Positions 51,898 through 63,691 are shown, counted from the stretch's first letter. The stretch: DNA of 64,000 nt from Microcoleus sp. (GCA_042408215.1 JAYFMW010000006.1:448001-512000); one strand, 5' to 3'. Notes: generated by a model from the letters alone, not told the origin. A program made the numbers and translations.

Positions 51898-54102
51898 TTA
51901 TGGTTGAATGAAAATACCGATCGCATTATGAACTCTCGCAGCCGTTGACAAAGGTCGATCGAGCAAACTCCCTCCCAAATACAAACTTGTCGAACTTCCC
52001 CCATCCAAGTTTAAAGCCTCCACAGCACCCATTTGCTGCAATATCTGCGCGAGTTCGGCGAAATTTGGCCCGGCCCCGCCCGCGCGATTGTGCACGGCTA
52101 CAATCAGCAAATTCCCCGCAGTATTTCGCCCGATCGCACTTCTAATCGCTGTCTGTCTAACATAGCCATCGCTAAACCCTTCCGCCTTCGCATCCAGCAC
52201 AACTTGACTGTTTTGGACTAACACCGGCCCGCCGCCTAAAATGTAAGGAAAACGGTTGAAATCCGCCGGAATTGTGTTAGTTTCTACGCGCAATAAAGTG
52301 CCCGGTGTCAGTTGAGGGGCGATCGACAAATCGGAACGCAATGCTAAAATATAACCGTTGGCTGGAACCGGAAAAGCTGTTTTTTCCGTCTCACCTGCGG
52401 GAGATTGGCTGATAACCCGCGCGGCGAAGCTATCCCGTAGAGAATCGCCTACAACAGTCACAACTATTTCATTGTCCGAAAACGGAGTATAAGTTGTTCC
52501 CCAATCGGGATTGTAGCGGCCGATTCCCGCTTCCACGTAGGCGCTATTGAGATGAGAAATAGGCCAACTTTGCCCCGTAGGAGTTATCATAGTTTCTTGC
52601 AAAGTCAAACGGGCGATCGCAAATTCGCCCCGATCGTTCCAGCCGATCGCCCCGCGATTCAAAATCGGCCCGGAAAGCCATTTATTGTCCCGCCGAATTG
52701 CTCCTAAAGCTAACCGATTTATCCGATTAAAAAAGCCGGCGTTAATCGCCGCAGCTACTCCCGAAAGTTCGGCTGTTTGTAATAGAGGTGCAGTGCCTTT
52801 GTCTGTCGGCGGATTGCTGAGAAGTGGTCGAATTTTTACTCCGGCTTGGCGCGGATTCACTTCTAACCAAACTACTGGAAAACGCGCTGTTCCTAAGTTT
52901 TGATACTGTTGCCGCCACCGGACTCCCTCGGCCCAAAGAATGTCTTTTTCTACTAAGGAATCTGGCCGAATATCAATCACTAATCTATTGGGATTTCCCA
53001 GGCTGAAAACTTGCGGTCGCCAACCTAAAGGTATTGTTACTTTGACTCTGGTTTGAGTGTCGGTTGGTTCGATTTTTAGTGATAGTAATTGTTGGCTGGT
53101 TTGAAAAGTGCCCTGAATTAAGGCGGGTGCGATTTTGGCATCGATCGCGATCGACCATTCTTGACCGATTATTGGCTGTAAGGGCGCTATCGGGAGCGGG
53201 AGGGCGGGTTTGGTCGGGTCGTCTGGTGTTTCGAGGTTTGGCGCTGTGGGGGTTCTCGCCTGCGAAATAGTGGGCTTTGTGGGGTCGTCTGGGGTGTCTC
53301 TGGGTGCGGGTGTGGGCGATCGGCTCGGTGTATCGACAATGTTAACTTGCCACGGGGCGGCGCGATCGAGGTCTACAACTATGCGATCGCCCCATTCTCT
53401 CTCTGCTTGCTGAATTCCAGTCACATTTGCCACGGGAGATGTGATTCTCAGAACATTACCATCGGCTGATATCTGCCAACCCGCAAGTCTGGCAAAATCC
53501 GTGACATCTAAGTAACGATACTGACCTGTCGCTCGCGCTGGTATACTTTGAGCTTCTGTTAAAGATAGGTCAAACCACTGTAGCGGTTGTTTGGTGCTGT
53601 CGGCGGTGTTGAGCAAATCGACTCCGGCAGATTGCATTAAGCCAATGTCGGCAATCCAAGTTCGGATGTTGGCAGAATTGCTGTTTGTTGGCTGTTGAGT
53701 CCAAGCAGCGGGAAGGATGCGATCGTTTAAAGATACTTGGCGACCTTGTTTGATTGTGGAAGAGGGCGGTAGGGATTGAGTCATATCAATTCCGGTTGTA
53801 CCGGAATGATAGGTCGGACACGGCAGTGCCGTTTCCCTACCCCGATTAATTGTAGGGACACGGCACTGCCGTGTCCTGACTGTGGGTAACATTAATTCCG
53901 ATGCTACCGGATTTGATCTCAAAAAGTTATAGTCCGCCAGGGAATGAATTCCCTGGTGGGCTGTGGAAGCATCCATCAGTCTAGCCCTCTCACTCTCTGC
54001 TTTCCCCGCAAGATTCGAGACTAAACATAGTGCGATCGCCAGTATGGGCGAAATCGAGACTCTACTGTGCATTTTTTTTACTGAGTGCCAACTTAAAACC
54101 AT
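51898..54102 (-). CDS. Phosphodiester glycosidase (NAGPA-like) family exported protein
   Basis: AINAGFF, GGGPVL, RSAIG and ALNLDGGSST motifs with a signal-like N terminus. The start may be at 54072. Confidence 0.88.
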   Translation of the reverse strand: MVLSWHSVKKMHSRVSISPILAIALCLVSNLAGKAESERARLMDASTAHQGIHSLADYNFLRSNPVASELMLPTVRTRQCRVPTINRGRETALPCPTYHSGTTGIDMTQSLPPSSTIKQGRQVSLNDRILPAAWTQQPTNSNSANIRTWIADIGLMQSAGVDLLNTADSTKQPLQWFDLSLTEAQSIPARATGQYRYLDVTDFARLAGWQISADGNVLRITSPVANVTGIQQAEREWGDRIVVDLDRAAPWQVNIVDTPSRSPTPAPRDTPDDPTKPTISQARTPTAPNLETPDDPTKPALPLPIAPLQPIIGQEWSIAIDAKIAPALIQGTFQTSQQLLSLKIEPTDTQTRVKVTIPLGWRPQVFSLGNPNRLVIDIRPDSLVEKDILWAEGVRWRQQYQNLGTARFPVVWLEVNPRQAGVKIRPLLSNPPTDKGTAPLLQTAELSGVAAAINAGFFNRINRLALGAIRRDNKWLSGPILNRGAIGWNDRGEFAIARLTLQETMITPTGQSWPISHLNSAYVEAGIGRYNPDWGTTYTPFSDNEIVVTVVGDSLRDSFAARVISQSPAGETEKTAFPVPANGYILALRSDLSIAPQLTPGTLLRVETNTIPADFNRFPYILGGGPVLVQNSQVVLDAKAEGFSDGYVRQTAIRSAIGRNTAGNLLIVAVHNRAGGAGPNFAELAQILQQMGAVEALNLDGGSSTSLYLGGSLLDRPLSTAARVHNAIGIFIQP

Positions 54103-54569
54103 TAACCGTCAAAAACGCCATACAGCACAATGGTGAAAATTTCTAATTTTATCGATCAACTTCATTTCCTTGGCTGTGTAGTTGGCTGTAGTTAGCTGCA
54201 TAATATTAAGGCAGGGTTTCATTGGTTGTGCAGCGCTGCAAGACCGATGGAGGGGACTCAGTAAAAAAAACACAAAACTCGATCGCCTGCAATTTACCTG
54301 GTTGCAAGGCAGCGATTTTCCTGAGAATAACTGTGTTTTTTAACAGCAGTGTATTCTTTGACACATCTCGGAGGCGATTCGATCGAGATAATTAAGCATC
54401 TGCAAACAGAGTTTCAGAGCTAGGTACTGGCAGCATCAATGTAAATTTTTATCAAATCTGCTGGCTTTTTGCTGTTTGAAAGTTTACCAGATTCCCACAG
54501 ATGGGCGGCCTTCTGTTTTCAAGCTATAGCGAATCAACCACACAATCACCAAAATAGTATTCAATCAAC

Positions 54570-57500
54570 ATGGGCAACACGAGCGATCAAAATCAAAATC
54601 AGGGTCATCGAGGAATTCCTTATGCCGGTCAAAACTGGCTAATCGAAGAAAGAGACGCCTGCGGCGTTGGCTTTATTGCCAACCAAAACGGCAAAGCTAC
54701 TCACTCCTTAATTCAAAAAGCTTTACCAGCCTTAACTTGTCTGGAACATCGCGGCGGTTGCAGCGCTGACCAAGATTCCGGCGACGGCGCTGGTTTGATG
54801 ACGGCAATTCCTTGGGAATTGTTGGATTCTTGGTTTGCAGAACAGGGAATTGTGCCTCCCGCCCAGGAAAACTGCGGAGTCGGAATGCTGTTTCTGTCCA
54901 GGGATGAAAACCAAGCGGCGATCGCGCGGTATATGGTTGAGGAAATCCTGTTAGAACGCGGGCTGACACTGCTGGGATGGCGAAAAGTTCCCGTGGATGC
55001 GTCAGTTTTGGGCCCGCAAGCGCGAGAAAATCAACCTCAAATCGAACAAGTAATCGTTAGTTCACCGCAATTACAGGGCGACGAACTCGATCGCCAGTTA
55101 TTTCTGACTCGCCGCGCGATCGGACACGCATTATCCCATCGCCCCGACTTCACTCGCCAAGACTTTTACTCTTGCTCTTTTTCCAGCCGCACGATCGTCT
55201 ACAAAGGAATGCTGCGATCGGCCGTACTGGGAGAATTTTACCTCGACCTCAAAAATCCCGCCTACAAAAGCGCTTTTGCCGTATATCACCGGCGCTTCAG
55301 CACCAACACCATGCCCCGCTGGCACTTAGCTCAACCGATGCGCTTGCTGGGACACAACGGCGAAATCAACACGCTCTTGGGCAATATTACCTGGATGAGG
55401 GCGCGACAAGCCAATTTAGCTCACCCCAATTGGAGTCAAGCCGATCTCAACACGTTCAACCCAATTGTCAATTCTGACAGCAGCGATTCGGCCAACTTGG
55501 ACAATGTGATGGAGTTGTTGGTGCACTCCGGCCGTTCTCCCCTAGAATCCTTGACTATTCTGGTTCCTGAAGCTTACAAAAATCAGCCGGATTTGGCACC
55601 CTATCCCGAAATTGTCGATTTTTATGAGTATTACAGCGCCATTCAAGAACCTTGGGATGGCCCCGCATTGCTGGTATTTAGCGACGGGAAACAAGTAGGT
55701 GCTACTCTCGATCGCAACGGTTTACGCCCGGCCCGTTACTGCATTACTAAAGACGGTTTGGTAATTGTGGCTTCCGAAGCCGGTGTAGTCGATATCGACG
55801 AAGCCGATATCATCGAAAAAGGCCGTTTGGGGCCTGGACAAATGATCGCAGTCGATCTACAAAGTCACGAAATTCTCAAAAATTGGCAACTCAAACAGCG
55901 GATTGCGAAGCGACATCCCTACGGTGAATGGTTGCAAAAAAACCGCGAAACCTTGGAACCACAACCTTTTGCCGAAACCGCAACCCTCGACTCTCAAACG
56001 CTGTTAGCCAGTCAAATTGCTTTTGGCTACACCGCCGAAGATTTGGATATGGTAATCGTCGAGATGGCGAGTTCCGGGAAAGAACCGACTTTCTGCATGG
56101 GAGACGACATTCCCTTGGCTGTATTGTCCCAAAAGCCTCAGTTGCTGTACAACTATTTCAAACAGCGGTTTGCTCAAGTCACAAATCCGCCCATCGACCC
56201 CCTGCGCGAGGGGATGGTGATGTCTCTGACGGTGAATGTCGGGCTGCGGGGTAATTTATTGCAAGCAGTGCCGGAAAATGCCAAGCTACTGAAAATAGAT
56301 TCTCCTGTACTCAACGACGCTGAACTGTCTTTCTTGAAGGAACAAAAGTCTTTCCCCGCAGAGGTTCTATCAACGGTTTACAAAATTGATGGCGGCCCGG
56401 AAGGTCTTAAATCCGCAGTAGCTCAACTTTGTCAAAAAGCAGCCGATTCAGTGCGATCGGGCGCTAAGATTTTGATTCTGAGCGATCGACAAGAAAGCGA
56501 ATTTTCTGCTCCTGGTTTGAGTGCAGAATGCACTTATATTCCACCTTTCCTAGCAATTGGTGCCGTTCACCACCACTTGATCCAGGAAGGGCTGCGGATG
56601 CAAACTTCCCTAATTGTCGATACCGCCCAGTGTTGGAGCACTCACCACTTTGCTTGTTTAATCGGTTACGGTGCGGCTGCTGTTTGCCCCTATTTGGCCT
56701 TTGAGAGCGTGCGCGGCTGGTGGGCTGACAGCAAGACTCAAAACTTGATGAAACATGGCAAAGTTCCCAATATTACGGTGACGGCGGCTCAAGCTCAATA
56801 CCGCAAAGCGGTGGAAAATGGGCTGTTGAAGATTATGTCAAAAATGGGGATTTCCCTGTTGTCCAGCTATCAAGCGGCCCAAATCTTTGAGGCGATCGGG
56901 ATTGGCGGCGATCTGCTAGATTTGGGCTTCAAAGGAACTGTGTCTCGGATTGGCGGTTTGACTGTGGCGGAACTAGCCCAGGAAGTGATGTCCTTCCACT
57001 CTCAGGCTTTCCCGGAATTGAACGCTAAGAAGCTGGAAAATTACGGCTTTGTTCAATATCGGCGCGGTGGCGAATATCACATGAACAGCCCGGAAATGGC
57101 CAAGGCTTTACACAAGGCTGTGACTAGCTTTAAGCTGCAAACTAATGGTAACGGCAAAAATGCCGAACCAGAAATGACACCAATTGGTGACAAAAATTCC
57201 GAAACGGCTTACGATCACTACGAGGTTTACAAGCAACAGCTTGAAACTCGCCCGGTGACTGCTTTACGGGATTTACTGGATTTTGCGAGCGATCGCCCTT
57301 CGATTCCCATTGAAGAAGTAGAATCTGTAGCAGATGTTGTCAAGCGGTTCGCCACTGGCGGAATGTCCCTCGGTGCTCTATCCCCCGAAGCCCACGAAAC
57401 TTTGGCGATCGCGATGAACCGCATCGGCGGCAAATCCAACTCCGGCGAAGGCGGCGAAGACCCGAAACGATACAATGTGCTAAACGATGTGAGTGAGGCT

Positions 57501-59285
57501 GGCTTCTCACAAACTCTACCTCACTTGAAGGGTTTGCAAAACGGCGATACCGCATCGAGTGCCATCAAACAGGTAGCTTCAGGGCGTTTCGGCGTGACTC
57601 CAGAGTACCTGATGAGCGCCCAACAAATTGAAATCAAAGTGGCCCAAGGTGCGAAACCGGGAGAAGGTGGCCAATTACCAGGGCCGAAAGTGAGCGAGTA
57701 CATTGCTTACTTGCGCCGATCGAAACCGGGTGTCACACTGATTTCGCCACCTCCTCACCACGACATTTATTCGATCGAGGATTTGGCCCAGTTGATTTTT
57801 GACTTGCATCAAATCAATCCCAAAGCGGGAGTTTCCGTCAAGTTGGTATCCGAAGTCGGTATCGGTACTGTCGCCGCCGGTGTTGCGAAGGCCAATGCTG
57901 ATGTGATTCAAATTTCCGGCCACGACGGCGGCACCGGCGCATCTCCACTTAGTTCGATTAAGCACGCAGGTTCTCCGTGGGAACTCGGATTGACAGAAGT
58001 TCACCGGGTATTGATGGAAAACAAATTGCGCGATCGAGTTTTACTCCGCGTTGACGGTGGCTTCAAAACAGGCTGGGACGTGATTGTAGGCGCTTTGATG
58101 GGAGCCGAAGAGTACGGGTTTGGCACCGTGGCGATGATTGCAGAAGGCTGCATTATGGCCCGCGTTTGCCACATGAATACTTGTCCTGTCGGTGTTACCA
58201 CGCAGAAGGAAGAGTTGCGGAAGCGTTTCCCTGGTACACCGGAACACGTAGTCAATTTCTTCTACTTCGTCGCCCAAGAAGTGCGGAGTTTGTTGGCAAA
58301 ATTGGGTTACAAGTCGATCGCAGATATCATTGGGCGCGGCGATTTGCTGACAATGCGCGCAGGGGTAAAGTTGACCAAAACTCAAGAGATTAATTTGGAC
58401 TGTTTGACCAAGTTACCGGATACTAAGACCGATCGCTCTTTCTTGATCCACGGCGACGTACACACCAACGGGCCAGTGTTAGACGATGATTTGTTGGCGG
58501 ATGCTGAGATTCAAAGTGCGATCGCCAATCAAACCAGTGTTAGCAAGAGTGTAAAATTGGCGAATACCGATCGCACTGTAGGCGCAAGAATCAGTGGTGC
58601 GATCGCCAAGCAATACGGTAACACCGGTTTTACTGGACAAATTACCCTCAACTTTACAGGTACTGCGGGTCAAAGTTTCGGCGCATTCAACTTACCGGGG
58701 ATGACTTTGGTACTGGATGGCCAAGCCAATGATTACGTTGGTAAGGGAATGCACGGCGGCGAAATTGCGATCAAACCGCCGGTTGATGCGACTTATGATG
58801 CTTCCGAAAATGCGATCGTTGGTAACACTTGTTTGTACGGCGCGACAGGGGGAACTCTGTTGGCGGCGGGTAAAGCGGGCGAACGGTTTGCGGTTCGCAA
58901 CTCAATGGCGAAAGCAGTCATTGAGGGTGCGGGAGATCACTGCTGCGAGTACATGACTGGCGGCGCGATCGTCGTGTTAGGAAAAGTCGGCCGCAACGTC
59001 GGCGCTGGAATGACTGGCGGCTTGGGTTATTTCCTCGATGAAGATGGCAATTTCCCAGCTCACGTCAACGGGGAGATTGTCAAGATGCAGCGCGTTTGTA
59101 CGGCCGCTGGGGAAGCGCAATTGAAGGAGTTGATTGAGGCTCAGCGCGATCGGACGGGCAGCAAGAAAGCTGAGAAGATTTTAGCAAATTGGGCTGAATA
59201 TTTGCCGAAATTCTGGCAAGTTGTGCCGCCGAGTGAAGCAAATTCGCCGGAGGCTTCCGAACAAAAGATAGCTGTGGAAGTTTAA
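54570..59285 (+). CDS. glsF: Ferredoxin-dependent glutamate synthase
   Basis: ERDACGVG (Ntn Cys), HRRFSTNT, the FMN domain, the 3Fe-4S motif [12 protein letters not shown] and the GXGXG domain. No gltD is adjacent. Confidence 0.93.
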   Translation: MGNTSDQNQNQGHRGIPYAGQNWLIEERDACGVGFIANQNGKATHSLIQKALPALTCLEHRGGCSADQDSGDGAGLMTAIPWELLDSWFAEQGIVPPAQENCGVGMLFLSRDENQAAIARYMVEEILLERGLTLLGWRKVPVDASVLGPQARENQPQIEQVIVSSPQLQGDELDRQLFLTRRAIGHALSHRPDFTRQDFYSCSFSSRTIVYKGMLRSAVLGEFYLDLKNPAYKSAFAVYHRRFSTNTMPRWHLAQPMRLLGHNGEINTLLGNITWMRARQANLAHPNWSQADLNTFNPIVNSDSSDSANLDNVMELLVHSGRSPLESLTILVPEAYKNQPDLAPYPEIVDFYEYYSAIQEPWDGPALLVFSDGKQVGATLDRNGLRPARYCITKDGLVIVASEAGVVDIDEADIIEKGRLGPGQMIAVDLQSHEILKNWQLKQRIAKRHPYGEWLQKNRETLEPQPFAETATLDSQTLLASQIAFGYTAEDLDMVIVEMASSGKEPTFCMGDDIPLAVLSQKPQLLYNYFKQRFAQVTNPPIDPLREGMVMSLTVNVGLRGNLLQAVPENAKLLKIDSPVLNDAELSFLKEQKSFPAEVLSTVYKIDGGPEGLKSAVAQLCQKAADSVRSGAKILILSDRQESEFSAPGLSAECTYIPPFLAIGAVHHHLIQEGLRMQTSLIVDTAQCWSTHHFACLIGYGAAAVCPYLAFESVRGWWADSKTQNLMKHGKVPNITVTAAQAQYRKAVENGLLKIMSKMGISLLSSYQAAQIFEAIGIGGDLLDLGFKGTVSRIGGLTVAELAQEVMSFHSQAFPELNAKKLENYGFVQYRRGGEYHMNSPEMAKALHKAVTSFKLQTNGNGKNAEPEMTPIGDKNSETAYDHYEVYKQQLETRPVTALRDLLDFASDRPSIPIEEVESVADVVKRFATGGMSLGALSPEAHETLAIAMNRIGGKSNSGEGGEDPKRYNVLNDVSEAGFSQTLPHLKGLQNGDTASSAIKQVASGRFGVTPEYLMSAQQIEIKVAQGAKPGEGGQLPGPKVSEYIAYLRRSKPGVTLISPPPHHDIYSIEDLAQLIFDLHQINPKAGVSVKLVSEVGIGTVAAGVAKANADVIQISGHDGGTGASPLSSIKHAGSPWELGLTEVHRVLMENKLRDRVLLRVDGGFKTGWDVIVGALMGAEEYGFGTVAMIAEGCIMARVCHMNTCPVGVTTQKEELRKRFPGTPEHVVNFFYFVAQEVRSLLAKLGYKSIADIIGRGDLLTMRAGVKLTKTQEINLDCLTKLPDTKTDRSFLIHGDVHTNGPVLDDDLLADAEIQSAIANQTSVSKSVKLANTDRTVGARISGAIAKQYGNTGFTGQITLNFTGTAGQSFGAFNLPGMTLVLDGQANDYVGKGMHGGEIAIKPPVDATYDASENAIVGNTCLYGATGGTLLAAGKAGERFAVRNSMAKAVIEGAGDHCCEYMTGGAIVVLGKVGRNVGAGMTGGLGYFLDEDGNFPAHVNGEIVKMQRVCTAAGEAQLKELIEAQRDRTGSKKAEKILANWAEYLPKFWQVVPPSEANSPEASEQKIAVEV

Positions 59286-59354
59286 TTTTGTAGCTGGTCA
59301 CTGAGCGTAGTCGAAGTGTCGGTTTTATGACCGCATTTCGACCCATCGACGATG

Positions 59355-59384
59355 AGGGGCGACGCGAGTTTTGCCCCTTTTTTT
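59355..59384 (+). terminator. Probable intrinsic terminator after glsF
   Basis: AGGGGCGA..TTGCCCCT stem followed by a T tract. Confidence 0.55.
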
Positions 59385-59518
59385 GACTCTAGTTATATCA
59401 AATCCGGTAGCATCGAAATTATTCATCTCTCTCTTCCCTTCCTCTGCGTCCTCTGCGCCCTCTGCGGTTTAATAATTCCGAAACATCGGCTTTCCTCTTT
59501 TAACCGTTGTTTTATTAA

Positions 59519-59917
59519 TCACCAGATAACAGAAATTACACCGGAAGCGGTAATATTTCCATCACAGGTCAATAGCGCAACTGTTTCACCTTGATTTTGC
59601 AAAATCATTGCAGTTGCTACAATTTGACGATCGTGCATTTCATGGATGCTCAATAAGCTGAGCGTTTGATTGATGATGGTTCTATCGAGTGGATAAACTG
59701 CGATCCTGGAATCGCTATTAATCGCATTGAACAACGCATTCACAGATGGAATTGATGTTTTTCCTCGTTCTACAATCCATGCAGCTTCAGCCAAGGCGAT
59801 CGCAGGTAGAACAAGCTGACTGGTCAAATTGGAGAGAATTGCTTGGGCTTGAGTCCCCAATCTTTGATTTCCTTCGAGAAACCAGATCAGCGCGTGGGTA
59901 TCGATTACATATTTCAT
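59519..59917 (-). CDS. PIN-domain (VapC-like) toxin
   Basis: VIDTHALIW, E, HDRQIVATA and LTCD acidic PIN motifs. Confidence 0.88.
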   Translation of the reverse strand: MKYVIDTHALIWFLEGNQRLGTQAQAILSNLTSQLVLPAIALAEAAWIVERGKTSIPSVNALFNAINSDSRIAVYPLDRTIINQTLSLLSIHEMHDRQIVATAMILQNQGETVALLTCDGNITASGVISVIW

Positions 59918-59923
59918 CAGCAG

Positions 59924-60157
59924 CTATGACCAATCTAATTCATCGTCTGTATCTCCTTGAAACTGGGCAATCTCGAAATCGTCTGCGGTGGATTGTTGAG
60001 TACCAGCAAACATTCCAAACTGGATAAATATAGGCGTTCGAGGAATGGATGGCGCAGCCAAAAAAGTAATCACCACGCGGCTTTCATAAATGTTTTCAGG
60101 AAATTCTAAAAGTTCGATAACTCCATTTCTGTAAATTCCTTCAAATGCTTGGAGCAT
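59924..60157 (-). CDS. Probable antitoxin
   Basis: Small ORF (EGIYRNGVIEL start, acidic tail) 6 bp upstream of the PIN gene. Confidence 0.7.
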   Translation of the reverse strand: MLQAFEGIYRNGVIELLEFPENIYESRVVITFLAAPSIPRTPIFIQFGMFAGTQQSTADDFEIAQFQGDTDDELDWS

Positions 60158-60280
60158 AATGATTCACCTCGCGTACAAAGTATGGTCTATCGACTCACTA
60201 GCTAACAATCCCAGTCTAACAAATCTTCCCCCAAAAACACAAATCTTTGATATAATAGTTTCAGCCAATATAACATTAGA

Positions 60281-63200
60281 TCAAATCTGTCTCGCGATCG
60301 GCATTCGCGGCGGCGCTGTTTTCCACATCAAATCTATCTCTTCCGGTGTCAATCCATAAGCTTGATTAACTAAATCGGATAAACGGTGTTCGAGTCTCAA
60401 CGCTTCAGCCTTGCGAGATTGAATCGGTGGTGCATACTCATTATAAGTTTCGCGGACAGCTTTTAGTCCCGCAACGCCGAGAGGATCGGAGGATTTAGTT
60501 TTCGGCATTCGCTTTCTAATTTCTTCTACAAACTCCTGAAAGGAAAGACTAGAAAAGTCTTCTATTTTTTGTCCGAGTTTCTCTATTTTATAAGTAAGTT
60601 GCAACCATTGCAGGACATCTTGATGAGTTGCTTGATTAATTTTGGTAATTTCAATTAAACGGCTGACAATGGGTTCGACTTCGGCACGAATTTGGTCAGT
60701 TGGCGGTGCGATCGGGAAATCAACAATTAAATCGCTGCGAGGAGTAACAGCATCTCCTATCATTTTAGGGAATAATTGATGAGCAATCCACCATCCAATA
60801 GGGGAATTTAAACAGCCACAAGTATATAATTTAAAATGCGGTAGAAAGAATACTTTATTGTTTATAAAATAACCATCAAAGTCTGCGGCATAAGCGGGAA
60901 AAGTGTTGATTTCCTGATAAACAATTTTCGGGTCTTCAAAAGTGCTGTAGTAAGCACAGCTACGCATTTCCCACCAATAACGCCCTTTGTCGGAACGCTT
61001 AGACAGTTTTTCTTGCATCGGCTTCATATACTTATATACCGATGGAAAAGTTTGTGCAAATACTTCCTCTGCTTTATCGTTTGCTGTACTCCACGGCCAA
61101 ACACTATCGCTATCACTGCTAGATTTCAGCAAAATAATCCATAAATTAGCCCACTCAGGACTCCAGCGTTTAATATCTTGACCTCGCAAATAAGGCTTGA
61201 TGATTTCAGCAGATTTAGGGTCAGCTTGAACCAGACTATTTTTAGTAGCTTCATCAATAAAAAAAGCTTCATTAAATCCTGTTTTTATACCATATAAAGG
61301 CTTAACACCCGCAAAATCTTTGAGCGGAACTCCCACTTGTTTAATTTTTTGCATCAAGTCATCCACAGCCGGAGGTTCCAGACTCCAAGCATCAGCCGTA
61401 AAACGCGATCTCGAAATTTGATAACCGTGTTCTTGAACGTATTGTATAAGGTTGATATTAGCAAGTTCCTCACGCGGAACCGGACAAACAATCACAGACG
61501 AATTAGGTTCAGATTTACCTTGCTCAATCTCGCTTTCTGTTTCAGAGATGGATGGAGATAGGTTAGGTTTTCTGACTGCGATAATACAGGGAAAAGTATC
61601 AGCATCCTCAAAAATTGGGGCGTGTCCGAAATCAATAATTTGCTCTAGTAAACCTTGACAAGCAAAAAACCTACGAAGTGGTTCGCCATATCCCGATCGC
61701 AGCCATTTATTCGTGACAATATAGGAAAGTAAGCCACCCGGTTTGAGAATCCTTAACCCGATTTCATAAAAGTAAGTATAAAGGTCAGCTACACCGTCAT
61801 AGGATTCATAATTAGCTTTTAAATAAGGCTTAATTGGTGACAGCAACTCCTGTCGAACGTAAGGCGGATTTCCGATCGCAACATCAAAACCGCCATCAGC
61901 AAAAATATCGGGAAACTCCGCTTCCCAATTAAACGCTCGCTCTACTAAACTAGAGTCAGCGACAATCGAATTACCCACCTTAATATTATCATCCAAATAA
62001 GTCAGAGTTTTACCCGGTTCGGCCGTCTTCAACCACAGCGAAAGCTTGGTAATTTCTACCGACTCCGACAGCAAATCTACACCGTAAAGATTGTTACTTA
62101 AAATGCTTCTGTCAAACTCAAGCAATTTGCCATCATTTAGCATACATCCCAAAGCATTCAATTCTCGATCTACTCGTTCATACTGCTGCATCAAATAATC
62201 AAAAGCCGCAATCAAAAAAGCTCCCGAACCGCAAGCCGGATCGATCACCCGCGTTTTTTGCAACACCTCATCTCGATAAGTTTCCCAAAACTTAATTGAT
62301 ATTTTCTTTTGCTGTTGATTTGACGCTGACAAAACTTCATCTATGCGGAAAAAATGCCGCAATTCTTGCTCTCGCCGATTCAAATAGCCGCCCAGAGAAA
62401 CCTCAACGATATACTGAGTAATAAAAGCAGGCGTGTAAAACACCCCTTGAGTTTTTCGCTTACCCTTTTTCTGATTGTATTCCTGTCCGGCAGTTTCAGC
62501 ATTTAACTCTTCCAAATCCGTAACAGACTGCTCGAAAATATGCCCTAAAATCTTGACAGAAACTTCCGTATCAAAATCAAATCTAGTCAACTGATTAAGC
62601 TGACTGCACAGCAGATTTGGCACAGTCAATTGTGCATCTAAAATCGAATCGAATTTAAATAAACCGCCATTGTATCCCGGTACAGGCGGGTCATCATTTC
62701 CCACATCAACCCAGCGAAATACTGCTAGATAATTTTCCCAAATCGTTCGCGGATTGTAAATGTCTTGGCTATCGTGAGCGTTGTTAATAGTTTTGGCTGG
62801 CAGCAATCCTTTGTCTTCACAAAAAGCAATGAATAATATGCGGTCTAAAGTTTTTTGAGCTTTTTCAATTAACACTCTGTCTCGGTTGGGGATATCCTGC
62901 GGCCCAGCAAACCGAAAATGCTTGACGAGAGCGAGTCGAATTGCTTTATATTCTTGATAGAGTCGATTGGTAATTTCTTCTTGAGCGACTTCAGAATCTT
63001 TTAACAACCTGTCAATGGCAGAAATCGCTGCGGGTTTGTTCTGTGGTGGCAAAAAGTTGCTGCGACACAGCAGGAAGTAAAACCGTTTAAATGCTTCTAA
63101 ATCTACCAGTTCTGTAAGTAAAAAGCTTTCGTAATATGCGGGAGTTTTGTTAGTTTGATAAAGTCGCAATTCTCGATAATTAGAAACAATAATCCAACGA

Positions 63201-63691
63201 CAATCTGGTGTATAATTAGCATAGCGCCAACCTTGGTCAACTGCTGACTCAGTTCGACCGGGTGCGGGCCGATCTAAATCGTTTTTCGCCCCTTTGAGTT
63301 CAATGGGAGCAATTACTTTGCCTTGCAGTTTAACTTTGCCTTTAGCATTTTCAGTAGCAGTAAAAAAGCCGATCGCCCCGTCAGCAGCACCGCCGCCATC
63401 TGATATAGTTTGCTCTGCGTGAATTTCCCAGGATTTACCCGCACCTTGAATCACCGATCGATATCCCAAAACATCCTGAAAAATGTCATTGAGAAAACTA
63501 CCATGCAGCGAAACTTCTTTCACCTCATCTAAAGTCCCCGTTTGCAGTGCAGCAATCCACATTGCCAGTTTTTGATGGCGTGCTTCCATATCTTGCGGAA
63601 AGCTAAATGCACGCAGGGCTATGTTGAGAGTTTTGGTATGAAAAAGGTTGCGAGTAGAGCGATTTGTCATCTTTTCAAGCAGATTAATCAA
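60281..63691 (-). CDS. Type IIG (Eco57I-like) fused restriction endonuclease / N6-adenine methyltransferase
   Basis: N-terminal ADG..IELK nuclease motif, FYTP, DPACGSGAF (motif I), NPPY (motif IV) and a C-terminal TRD. The start may be at 63670. Confidence 0.9.
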   Translation of the reverse strand: MINLLEKMTNRSTRNLFHTKTLNIALRAFSFPQDMEARHQKLAMWIAALQTGTLDEVKEVSLHGSFLNDIFQDVLGYRSVIQGAGKSWEIHAEQTISDGGGAADGAIGFFTATENAKGKVKLQGKVIAPIELKGAKNDLDRPAPGRTESAVDQGWRYANYTPDCRWIIVSNYRELRLYQTNKTPAYYESFLLTELVDLEAFKRFYFLLCRSNFLPPQNKPAAISAIDRLLKDSEVAQEEITNRLYQEYKAIRLALVKHFRFAGPQDIPNRDRVLIEKAQKTLDRILFIAFCEDKGLLPAKTINNAHDSQDIYNPRTIWENYLAVFRWVDVGNDDPPVPGYNGGLFKFDSILDAQLTVPNLLCSQLNQLTRFDFDTEVSVKILGHIFEQSVTDLEELNAETAGQEYNQKKGKRKTQGVFYTPAFITQYIVEVSLGGYLNRREQELRHFFRIDEVLSASNQQQKKISIKFWETYRDEVLQKTRVIDPACGSGAFLIAAFDYLMQQYERVDRELNALGCMLNDGKLLEFDRSILSNNLYGVDLLSESVEITKLSLWLKTAEPGKTLTYLDDNIKVGNSIVADSSLVERAFNWEAEFPDIFADGGFDVAIGNPPYVRQELLSPIKPYLKANYESYDGVADLYTYFYEIGLRILKPGGLLSYIVTNKWLRSGYGEPLRRFFACQGLLEQIIDFGHAPIFEDADTFPCIIAVRKPNLSPSISETESEIEQGKSEPNSSVIVCPVPREELANINLIQYVQEHGYQISRSRFTADAWSLEPPAVDDLMQKIKQVGVPLKDFAGVKPLYGIKTGFNEAFFIDEATKNSLVQADPKSAEIIKPYLRGQDIKRWSPEWANLWIILLKSSSDSDSVWPWSTANDKAEEVFAQTFPSVYKYMKPMQEKLSKRSDKGRYWWEMRSCAYYSTFEDPKIVYQEINTFPAYAADFDGYFINNKVFFLPHFKLYTCGCLNSPIGWWIAHQLFPKMIGDAVTPRSDLIVDFPIAPPTDQIRAEVEPIVSRLIEITKINQATHQDVLQWLQLTYKIEKLGQKIEDFSSLSFQEFVEEIRKRMPKTKSSDPLGVAGLKAVRETYNEYAPPIQSRKAEALRLEHRLSDLVNQAYGLTPEEIDLMWKTAPPRMPIARQI

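Noticed and set aside
54110..54569. NtcA site or glutamine riboswitch upstream of glsF
   Set aside because: I found no convincing GTA-N8-TAC site or glnA-motif match by eye.
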